Shown here: piece by piece, positions 28,849-36,475 of the stretch
Numbering within the stretch: position 1 is the first letter of the stretch
Layout of the letters: every line of letters begins with the position of its first letter
From: Thermoplasmata archaeon
Lineage (GTDB): Archaea > Thermoplasmatota > Thermoplasmata > Lutacidiplasmatales > UBA184
Assembly: GCA_050013595.1 (NCBI GenBank)
Contig: JBEKEY010000003.1
Coordinates: forward strand, 1-62,699
Direction of reading: 5' to 3'
Length of the DNA: 62,699 bases
Position numbers and translations under genes: made by a program
The notes under the pieces: model-generated
Databases searched by the model: none
Told to the model about the DNA's origin: nothing
What the model saw: the letters and a program-made list of their open reading frames with translations, nothing else

Positions 28849-28955
28849 TTGACGCCATGCCCGTGCACCGTGACGAGCCCCCCATCACGAAACTCACCCC
28901 TTTCCAAACGCTTCGTTGACGGAGGAGCCGAGCGTTTAACGAAGATCGAGAGGAA

Positions 28956-28972
28956 AGGTGCAGGGGGTGAGA
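28956..28972. repeat. direct repeat at the 3' end of tRNA-Leu(GAG) (att-like, right)
   Basis: AGGTGCAGGGGGTGAGA. Partner is at 18369-18385. Confidence 0.5.
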
Positions 28973-29043
28973 TTTGAACTCACGGACTCCTACGAGACTA
29001 GGACCTCAACCTAGCGCCTTTGACCAAGCTGGGCCACCCCTGC
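28959..29043 (-). tRNA. tRNA-Leu (anticodon GAG)
   Basis: Hand fold: GCAGGGG-TG-GCC..GGC-G-CTAGG-TTGAGGT-CCTAG-long variable arm (TCTCGTAGGAGTCC)-GTGAG-TTCAAAT-CTCAC-CCCCTGC-A. Confidence 0.85.
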
Positions 29044-29162
29044 ACGGGCGTTCCGCGCCTACTCGGTTTCCGCGATAACCTTTACGAGCGCGACCCGCCC
29101 CGGCCGGGGGGCGAGACGGGGGCCGAAAAAGGCCTTGTAGCGTGAAGGGGTGCCGCCGTTCC

Positions 29163-29513
29163 ATGACCGACCACGGACCGAGCGGGGCGACCGTGTTTAT
29201 CGGTCAGAAGCCGACCATGACCTACGTCTTCCAGGTCGTGAGCCAGCTCAATTCGGGCGCCGGTCCGGTGGTCGTGAAGGCTAGGGGCAACGCGATCGGC
29301 AAGGCGGTGGACGTGGTCGAGGTGGTCCGCCGCCGCTTCCTCGAGGGCGAGGTGAGCGTGGGCGCGATCTCGATCGACACGGAACGCCTCGTGAACCGCG
29401 AGGGACGTGACGCGAACGTCTCGTCGATCGCGATCCCGCTCAGCCGGATCGGTCCACCGGCGGGGGCGGCGCCCGCGGTGCCGCCTCCGGCCGCGCCACC
29501 GTCGCACCACTAG
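29163..29513 (+). CDS. albA: chromatin protein Alba
   Basis: VFIGQKPTMTYVFQVVSQL...VVVKARGNAIGKAVDVVEVVRRRF. Pro/Ala-rich tail. Confidence 0.85.
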   Translation: MTDHGPSGATVFIGQKPTMTYVFQVVSQLNSGAGPVVVKARGNAIGKAVDVVEVVRRRFLEGEVSVGAISIDTERLVNREGRDANVSSIAIPLSRIGPPAGAAPAVPPPAAPPSHH

Positions 29514-31320
29514 GGACGGACGGCGCCCGCCGAATCACCCAGGTGCCGGCCCAGAGATCTCCGAGGCGCTGGCGCTCGCTCGTCGCGGCGATGAACGCGA
29601 TCGCTCCCGCGCCGAGGAGCGCGATGCCCCCAAGTACGAAGGCGAGCACGCCGACCAACGCGAGGAATCCCGTGGGGAGCGCGACCCCCGCGAGGGTGAG
29701 GGAGGCAGAGGCGCCGCTCTTCAAGCCGAACGCGAGGGCGATGGCGACCCCGATGCCCACCACGGTCAGGAGGGGGAGGACGGTCGAGTTGCGGACGAGG
29801 GCCGAGAGGCCGCTCGGCGACCCGGACAAGCGTTCCCGGACCTCGAGGCCCAGAAGTCGCATGCCGAGGGTCGCTCCCCCGAAGGTCTCGAGGAGCACGA
29901 AGTAGAGGAAGGCGAGCGCGACGAATCCGAAGATGGCCGCGTTGAACCCGATGTTCGAGAGCGCGTCCGTAAGCCCGCCCGGCATCGCGAGGAGGATCGC
30001 GGCCCACAGCGCGACCGCCGGTGCGGTGACGAGCGCGAGGTCGATGAGGAACGCCGCGATCCGTGCTCCGACGGGGGCGAATCGACGTAGACCGATATCG
30101 CGCGCGATCAGGACGAGCCAACGGGCGGTCAGCCACGAACGGAACCCTTCCCGACCGTCCTGGGTGCCGGCCCGGGCAGCGGCGTCGAGATTCGCCTGGT
30201 CCGAGACGATCCAGCCCGGCACCGGTAGGTCCTGCCACGGACGACCGTCCGCGGAAGGACCGAGTCCGAGGAGCTGCCGCGTCTGCTCCGCCGCGGACCG
30301 GCTCGCGGCCGCGGACTCGCTGAGGGAGTCGGAGAGCCGCCCGTCCAGACCCGAGCGGAAGGCGCGCAGGAGGCGCGACAATGGCGACGGAGTTCGAGGG
30401 GGGAGGGGCGGTCCGACGGGAGCGAATCCACCGACCGTGGCTCGGTAGCCGAGATACGCCGCCGCGAAGCCGAGCAGCCCGGAAAGGTACACGAGGTCGA
30501 GCACGCCAGCCCCCCCGATCGTATAGAGGCCGGACGGCCCGCTCCCGTAGAGCGGCGGTTGTCGAAGGAGGTCGGCGCCGAGGAGCACCCCGAACGTGCT
30601 CGCGAGGAACGCGGCTGGGATGGCGAATCCCTCTTCGCCCGGGAAGACCCGGTCGGCGAGCACGGCGGCCACGAGCCCGACAGCCACCGGGGGCACGAGG
30701 AAGAACGGGAACGCCTCCTCGATCCCGAGCCCGGGGATGGCGCTCGAGGCAACGAACGTGAGCACGAGGACGGTGGAGGTCAACGTCACGAGGAACGCCA
30801 CGCGCCGGGCGAGGACATCGCCCGAGGTGAGCGCCCATGTCCCGACCACCGCGCACACGGCCGTGGCACCGAGCAGGACCGCGACCTCATTGCCCACGTA
30901 GTTCGAGACTCCGAGGAGGGTCGCCAGCCCGTTCGAGAATCGCGCGGTCGCGGGAAGGACGAGAAGGAACAGAAGTCCGCCCTCGACGGTGAGCAGGATG
31001 AGGAAGCGGGTCAGCGAACGGGAGCGGGGCGGCGCGGCCCGTCCGAAGGCGAGCAACCCGACGAGGAGAGGGAAGATCGCACCGGCGAAGCTGACGGCGA
31101 CCCAATCGGTCGAGACCGGAGCGAAGGGAAGGATCGCGAAGGAGCCGAGGAGCGCTCCCGGGAGGAGCAGCCAGAACGACCGCCGGCCGAAGCCGATGCT
31201 TTCGGCGAACGGAGCGTGTTCCCACGCGACGAGGAAGAGCGCGGCCCAGAGGAGGCCGGGAAGGGCGAGGGAGATCGAGTCGGAGAGGATGTCGTTCGTG
31301 AGCTGGATGGGGTCGACCAC
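29440..31320 (-). CDS. polytopic membrane protein: DUF1614-like N-terminal domain fused to a C-terminal RDD domain
   Basis: The N-terminal roughly 300 aa is multi-TM with IGGAGVLDLVYLSG. The C-terminal region RIAAFLIDLALV... is RDD-like. The fusion is inferred from one continuous ORF. Confidence 0.55.
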   Translation of the reverse strand: MVDPIQLTNDILSDSISLALPGLLWAALFLVAWEHAPFAESIGFGRRSFWLLLPGALLGSFAILPFAPVSTDWVAVSFAGAIFPLLVGLLAFGRAAPPRSRSLTRFLILLTVEGGLLFLLVLPATARFSNGLATLLGVSNYVGNEVAVLLGATAVCAVVGTWALTSGDVLARRVAFLVTLTSTVLVLTFVASSAIPGLGIEEAFPFFLVPPVAVGLVAAVLADRVFPGEEGFAIPAAFLASTFGVLLGADLLRQPPLYGSGPSGLYTIGGAGVLDLVYLSGLLGFAAAYLGYRATVGGFAPVGPPLPPRTPSPLSRLLRAFRSGLDGRLSDSLSESAAASRSAAEQTRQLLGLGPSADGRPWQDLPVPGWIVSDQANLDAAARAGTQDGREGFRSWLTARWLVLIARDIGLRRFAPVGARIAAFLIDLALVTAPAVALWAAILLAMPGGLTDALSNIGFNAAIFGFVALAFLYFVLLETFGGATLGMRLLGLEVRERLSGSPSGLSALVRNSTVLPLLTVVGIGVAIALAFGLKSGASASLTLAGVALPTGFLALVGVLAFVLGGIALLGAGAIAFIAATSERQRLGDLWAGTWVIRRAPSVPSGATVARPEAAPRAPPPPVDRSG

Positions 31321-31406
31321 GGTGCCGGCTCGGTCCTCTCGGAGAGGAGTGGCGGAGGGACCAGGGAAGCCTAAACGTTTTGTCGCGGCTACCGCATCTC
31401 GGACCC

Positions 31407-32807
31407 ATGGTGCCGGTCCGTCAGGAGAAGGATTCGCTCGGCCCCCGGGACGTTCCCGACTCGGCGTACTGGGGCATCCAAACGCTCCGGGCCCGGGAGA
31501 ACTTCCCGGTGAGCGGTCTCCACTCTTCGCGGCATCTGATCCGGGCCTACGCGCTCCTCAAGCTCGCGTGCGTCCGCGCGAACATCGACAAGGGAGGCCT
31601 GGACGCCGAGCGCGGCCGGGTCATCGCTCAGGCGGCGGAGGAGATGGCGACCGGTCGGTTCGACGCCGAGTTCGTGGTCGACGTGTTCCAGGCAGGGGCC
31701 GGCACCTCATTCCACATGAACGTCAACGAAGTCCTGGCGAACCGGTCCCTCGAGATCCTCGGGAAACCGAGGGGCGAGTACACGTTCATCAGCCCGAACG
31801 ACCACGTCAACCGCGGACAGTCGACGAACGACACCTACCCGAGCGCGGCCCAGGTCGCCGTGCTCCTGGCCCTGCGCGACCTCCGCACGTCGGTCACGAC
31901 GCTCACCGAGAGCCTCCGCCGCAAGGCGGACGAGTTCTCGCGCCTACCGAAGGCCGGACGCACCCATCTCAAGGACGCGATGCCGGTCACGCTCGGCGCC
32001 GAGTTCCGTGCGTACGCGGTCGCGCTCGAGCGGATCCTCGAAACGCTCCCGAGCACCGAGGCGGCCCTCGCCGAGATCCCGCTCGGAGGGAGCGCCGTAG
32101 GGAGCGGTGTGAACTCGGTCGTCGGGTTCCGGAGCCGTTCGGTCGAGGAGTATGCCCGTCTCACCGGCCTTCCTCTGCGCGTCGCCCGCGACCCGTTCGA
32201 GACGATGCAGAGCCGCTGGCCACTCGGCGCCGCGTCCGCCTGGCTGCGCACCCTCGCCCTCGAGCTCGTGCGGGTCGCGAACGACCTTCGATTGCTCTCG
32301 AGCGGACCGGCGACCGGGTTCGACGAGGTCCGCCTTCCCGAGATCCAGCCGGGCTCGTCCATCATGCCCGCGAAGGTGAACCCGTCCGCGGCGGAATGCC
32401 TCGACATGGTCGCGTTCCACGTGGTCGGGGCCGATGCCGCGACCGCGCTCGCGGTCCAGGCCGGCCAGCTCGAGATCAACGTGATGATGCCGCTCGCGGC
32501 CTACGAGGTGCTCTTCGCCGCCGAGATCCTCACGAACTATCTGCCCGTCTTCGCTCGGTCGTGCGTCGACGGCATCACGGCGAACCGCGCGCGCCTCGAC
32601 CGCTATCTGGTCGAGTCGGCCGCGCTCGCGACCGTCCTCACGCCGCGCCTCGGCTACCTCAAGGTCGCGGAGGTCCTGCACGAGGCCGAGCGCACCCAAC
32701 GCCCCGTCAAGGAGCTCCTCGTCGAGCACGGTCTCCTCACTCGGGAGGAGGTCGACGCCCTCCTCGGCGAAGCGGCGCTCCTCAAGCTAACGGAACCGGT
32801 GCGTTAG
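31407..32807 (+). CDS. class II fumarase/aspartase family lyase (aspartate ammonia-lyase or fumarate hydratase)
   Basis: GSSIMPAKVNP signature. DSLGPRDVPDSAYWGIQTLRA N-terminus. Confidence 0.85.
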   Translation: MVPVRQEKDSLGPRDVPDSAYWGIQTLRARENFPVSGLHSSRHLIRAYALLKLACVRANIDKGGLDAERGRVIAQAAEEMATGRFDAEFVVDVFQAGAGTSFHMNVNEVLANRSLEILGKPRGEYTFISPNDHVNRGQSTNDTYPSAAQVAVLLALRDLRTSVTTLTESLRRKADEFSRLPKAGRTHLKDAMPVTLGAEFRAYAVALERILETLPSTEAALAEIPLGGSAVGSGVNSVVGFRSRSVEEYARLTGLPLRVARDPFETMQSRWPLGAASAWLRTLALELVRVANDLRLLSSGPATGFDEVRLPEIQPGSSIMPAKVNPSAAECLDMVAFHVVGADAATALAVQAGQLEINVMMPLAAYEVLFAAEILTNYLPVFARSCVDGITANRARLDRYLVESAALATVLTPRLGYLKVAEVLHEAERTQRPVKELLVEHGLLTREEVDALLGEAALLKLTEPVR

Positions 32808-32863
32808 GCCGCTCCCGCCACCGTCCGGGTTAAGTCCCCCCGCTCCGTCCTCGAGCCCACGCG

Positions 32864-33619
32864 ATGGCGACCATCGAAGAGACGACCGTCGCCCTCGGTA
32901 ACCAGACCTCGGACGAGTTCCGGAAGGCGTCCGAGGTGCTCGGACGTGTCGGCCTGACCCAGTACGAGGCCCGCGCCTACATCGCGCTCGTGGCCCGGGG
33001 TCTCGGCGATGCCGCGACCCTCGCGACCGCGGCCGGGATCCCGCGCACGAGTGCCTACAAGGTTCTCGAGTCGCTCGCGGAGAAAGGATACGCCAAGCCG
33101 ACCGGGGGCAAGCCGATCCTGTTCCGTCCCACGCCTCCGCTCGACGTCGCGGAGACCCTCAAGAACGCGATCCAAGAAGTGTTCGAGAAGCTCGCGATGC
33201 TCCACCGCGTCGTGGCCGAGCACGGAGAACCCCAGCTCGTCTACCTGCTCTCGGGCCGAGAGAAGGTCCTCCAGAAGATCGGAGAGCTGCTCGACCAGTC
33301 GACCGGCGCGTTCATCCTGACGACGCCCCAACTCTCCGAGCTCCGGGACGAGCTCGGAAAGAAGATCCAGCACGCCGTGAAGCGCGGCGTCCGGGTGACG
33401 TTCATCACCCTCCCGCTGCAACGCATTCCCGAGGGTGTGGAATATGTGCCGCGGGAGAACCTCCGCGCGACCGAGGCGCTCTCGGACGGGGCGCACGCTC
33501 TCCTCGCGGCCCCGGGACTCGAAGCGTGCGGATTCACCGACAATCCGATCCTGATCGCCCACCTGAAGCAATTCCTCGAGCTGGTCCTCGAGAAAGGACC
33601 CGACGAACCGGCCCCGTGA
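32864..33619 (+). CDS. trmB: TrmB-family transcriptional regulator
   Basis: LGLTQYEARAYIALVARGLGDAATLATAAGIPRTSAYKVLESLAEKGYA. Confidence 0.8.
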   Translation: MATIEETTVALGNQTSDEFRKASEVLGRVGLTQYEARAYIALVARGLGDAATLATAAGIPRTSAYKVLESLAEKGYAKPTGGKPILFRPTPPLDVAETLKNAIQEVFEKLAMLHRVVAEHGEPQLVYLLSGREKVLQKIGELLDQSTGAFILTTPQLSELRDELGKKIQHAVKRGVRVTFITLPLQRIPEGVEYVPRENLRATEALSDGAHALLAAPGLEACGFTDNPILIAHLKQFLELVLEKGPDEPAP

Positions 33620-34494
33620 CGCAGGCGGCTCGGCCCGGGCGCGGGACCCGTCCCCCCCCGGCGGAACGCGTGCGAAGCCGCCTCGCCGCCGTGGCGGGGG
33701 ACGAGGTCGCTCGGACGATGCCGTCCGGCTACCACCGGCTCGGCCGTGTTCTCGTGATCCAATACCCCGCGACGTTGGCGCCGTACGACACCTTCCTGGG
33801 CGACGCCTGGCGCGAAGAGCTCGGGGTCGAGACCGTCCTCGTGAAATCCGGACCGGTCGAGGGGGAACTTCGAATCCCCCGGGTCCGCTGCGTCGCGGGC
33901 GAGCGAACGGAAACCGAGGTCGTCGAGCATGGGGTGCGCTGGCGGTTCGACGCCGCGCGGGTCATGTTCGCGGCCGGGAACCGGGTCGAGAGGCTGCGGG
34001 CCGGTCGGCTCGTTCGCCCCGGGGAGGTCGTGGCCGACCTCTTCGCTGGGATCGGATATTTCGCGATCCCCGCGGCGCTCGTCGGACGCGCGGACCGGGT
34101 GTGGGCGGTCGAGAAGAATCCGGTCTCGGTCCATTACCTTCGCGAGAACGTGTCCCTGAACGGTGTCGAGGATCGCCTCACCATCGTCCCGGGCGACAAC
34201 CGGACGGTGGACCTTCCCGAGGGGTCGTTCGATCGCGTGTTCCTCGGCTACCTACCGAGCGCCACGCCCTGGATCCCGCGCGCGGTTCCCCTGCTCCGTT
34301 CGGTCGGCGGCTGGCTCCATGTTCACACCGTGGCGGACGTGCGAGAACCCCTCGCCGACTCTGCGGCAGAGGTCGAACGGGCGGTCGAGTCAACCGGGTC
34401 CCCACCGGTCGAGCCGGCGCGGGCTCGCATCGTGAAGCCGTACGGCCCGGGCCGGAACCACATCGTGGTCGATGTGCGGGCGCGGTCGGGCTAG
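33616..34494 (+). CDS. Trm5/Taw2 (Met-10+ like) tRNA methyl/aminocarboxypropyl transferase
   Basis: The GTG at 33616 overlaps the trmB stop (GTGA). SAM motif VADLFAGIGYFAIPAA. An alternative ATG is at 33718. Confidence 0.7.
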   Translation: MTQAARPGRGTRPPPAERVRSRLAAVAGDEVARTMPSGYHRLGRVLVIQYPATLAPYDTFLGDAWREELGVETVLVKSGPVEGELRIPRVRCVAGERTETEVVEHGVRWRFDAARVMFAAGNRVERLRAGRLVRPGEVVADLFAGIGYFAIPAALVGRADRVWAVEKNPVSVHYLRENVSLNGVEDRLTIVPGDNRTVDLPEGSFDRVFLGYLPSATPWIPRAVPLLRSVGGWLHVHTVADVREPLADSAAEVERAVESTGSPPVEPARARIVKPYGPGRNHIVVDVRARSG

Positions 34495-35618
34495 GTGGCC
34501 CGAGCGCTCGGAGATTGCGCACGGAGGGCCTGCATCGTCACGGGGAACGCGTGGGCGAACCGTTCGATGTCGCCCGGGGGGTTCGAGAAGGAGAGGCGGA
34601 CGAACCGTTCTCCGTGGGTCGGGGAAAGATAGTTTCCCGCGCGGACGAAGACGCCGTGCCGACGGAGCATCTCCTCCTGCACCGCTTCCGGGCGAATGCC
34701 GGTCGCCGCGATGTCGATGACCATCATGTTCGCTCGCGAGGGATAGACAGGAAGCGAGGTTCCCGCGACGGCGCTCACGACGTCGCGGATGCGGGCGCCG
34801 TTCGCGCGCGTCTGGCGGACGACGGCGCCGATCCATTGCGGCTTCGTGCGGAGCGCGGCGAGCGCCGCGGCCTGCGACAGGACGTTGACCCCGAGGTCGT
34901 TCGTGTTGAACCGGGAGATCGTCTTCAACCGCTCGGGACGGGCGATCAGACCCCCGAGGCGCATGCCGGCGAGCCCACAGTTCTTCGAAACGGACCAGAC
35001 GGTCACGGTCTCCTCGGGGGCGAACTCCGCCGCGAGGGCGTGTCCGTCCGAGAAGTCACGGTAGGTCACATCGTTCAGGAGGAGGAGGTGGCGGTCGTGG
35101 GCGATCTCCGCGATCGCGCGGACCTCGTCCCGGGGGTACCCCGACCCGAGCGGGTTCAACGGGTCGATGAGGAGGATCATCTTCGTTCGCGGGCCGATGG
35201 CCTCCTGGACCCGGTCGGCGGTGAGGCGGTAGGGTGGGGCGTAGATGTCGAGGTTCTTCGTGACCGCCCCGCTCAGCTCGACGAACCGGTGGATGATGAG
35301 GTAGCTCGGGTCCGAGGCGATCACTTCGTCCCCGGGGGCGAGCAGCGCGCGGGCCGTCATGTACAGGGCCTCCGTGCCGCCGCCCGTCAGGAACGGACTC
35401 TGTCCGGACAACCCGAAGTCCTTCGTGATGGCGTCGAGGAGCTCGGGGTCGCCGGTCGCGAGCGGGTAGCCGATGTACCGCTGCTCGCGGATCGCGGTCT
35501 CGAGGGCGGGACGGATCACCTCCGGAGGGACCAGGTGGTTCGTGTTCTGGCTCAACCACGCGATCTCGTCGTGATGCGCGTGCGCGTAACGGAATGCATC
35601 GGACGCCGGAGTCGACAC
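34491..35618 (-). CDS. class I/II PLP-dependent aminotransferase
   Basis: SVSKNCGLAGMRLGG lysine motif, 375 aa. Confidence 0.85.
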   Translation of the reverse strand: MSTPASDAFRYAHAHHDEIAWLSQNTNHLVPPEVIRPALETAIREQRYIGYPLATGDPELLDAITKDFGLSGQSPFLTGGGTEALYMTARALLAPGDEVIASDPSYLIIHRFVELSGAVTKNLDIYAPPYRLTADRVQEAIGPRTKMILLIDPLNPLGSGYPRDEVRAIAEIAHDRHLLLLNDVTYRDFSDGHALAAEFAPEETVTVWSVSKNCGLAGMRLGGLIARPERLKTISRFNTNDLGVNVLSQAAALAALRTKPQWIGAVVRQTRANGARIRDVVSAVAGTSLPVYPSRANMMVIDIAATGIRPEAVQEEMLRRHGVFVRAGNYLSPTHGERFVRLSFSNPPGDIERFAHAFPVTMQALRAQSPSARAT

Positions 35619-35642
35619 GGAGATACGACGGTCACCCCGGGT

Positions 35643-36464
35643 TTAAGCGCTTTCGTGGAGGCCGTTTCCCGCCTCGGCGAGGAAGGTCGTGACGATGCCC
35701 GCCGACTGGAGGCGCGCTGCGGTGCGCGGAAACCCGTTCTCTGAGAGGAGCGCGAGGAACGCGGCCCGGTCGGGCAGGGAACGGAGCGACTGGGGAAGGT
35801 AGCGATACGGTCCCGCGCTGCCGACCGCCCCACCGAGCCAGGGGACGACGTTGTCGAAGAAGGCGTGGAAGAACCGGTTCATGGTGGGGGAGGCCGGTTC
35901 GGTGATCTCGAGGGTCAGGAAGACCCCCCCGGGTCGGAGCACCCGGCGTACCTCCCGGAACGCGACGGAGAGGTCGGCCAGGTTGCGCGCCACGAAGGCG
36001 TTCGTCACGAGGTCGAACGCGCGGTCCGCGAACGGGAGCTTGAGCGCAGTCGCGCGCGCAAAATCGAGCCGGTCGCGCTCCGGTCGGCCGCTGGAGGAAC
36101 CGAGAGCATTCTCGAGCATCGCCCGGGTGAAGTCGGCCGCCACGACGCGCGAGGCCCCGTAATGCCGGGCGACCAGCCGGGCGAGTTCCCCGGTGCCGCA
36201 ACCGATGTCCAGCACGCGAAGCAGAGGACCCGGTCGGCGGAACCGGTCGAGGTCCCAGATCGCTCTTGGACGCCACAGGAGGTCGTTGCCGAGAGATGCC
36301 ACATGGTCGAACCACTCGTAGCCCTGCGCGATGTGCGTGAACATCCGGCGCACGTCGCGCTCAAAGCTCGGTAACGACCGGTCGGGGAGCGGCGAGCCGT
36401 CCGCCGCGGTCGGCCCTTGCGCCCCTCCCGAGGACATCGGGTCGGCCACCCGAGCGGCCGCCAT
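35643..36464 (-). CDS. UbiE/MenG-like SAM-dependent (demethylmenaquinone) methyltransferase
   Basis: VRRMFTHIAQGYEWFDHVASLGNDLLWR and VLDIGCGTG motifs. The start is placed after the stop of the upstream gene at 36476. Confidence 0.75.
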   Translation of the reverse strand: MAAARVADPMSSGGAQGPTAADGSPLPDRSLPSFERDVRRMFTHIAQGYEWFDHVASLGNDLLWRPRAIWDLDRFRRPGPLLRVLDIGCGTGELARLVARHYGASRVVAADFTRAMLENALGSSSGRPERDRLDFARATALKLPFADRAFDLVTNAFVARNLADLSVAFREVRRVLRPGGVFLTLEITEPASPTMNRFFHAFFDNVVPWLGGAVGSAGPYRYLPQSLRSLPDRAAFLALLSENGFPRTAARLQSAGIVTTFLAEAGNGLHESA

Positions 36465-36475
36465 AACGGTGGGGG

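Larger units (their letters stand above)
18386..28955. mobile_element. putative tRNA-Leu-associated genomic island (no integrase found)
   Basis: Bounded by the tRNA-Leu 3' end and its partial copy in the orientation expected for integration. Patchy lower GC: hand counts are about 50-55% at 18.6-19.0 kb and 23.4-26.6 kb, against 62-72% in flanking core genes. Cargo is accessory-type. Confidence 0.4.

Noticed and set aside
18280-29141. Integrase, or split int(N)/int(C) fragments, for the island
   Set aside because: No ORF or frame in the intergenic stretches showed tyrosine-recombinase-like sequence (R..H.xR..Y) on visual translation. The island is therefore called only as a putative remnant.
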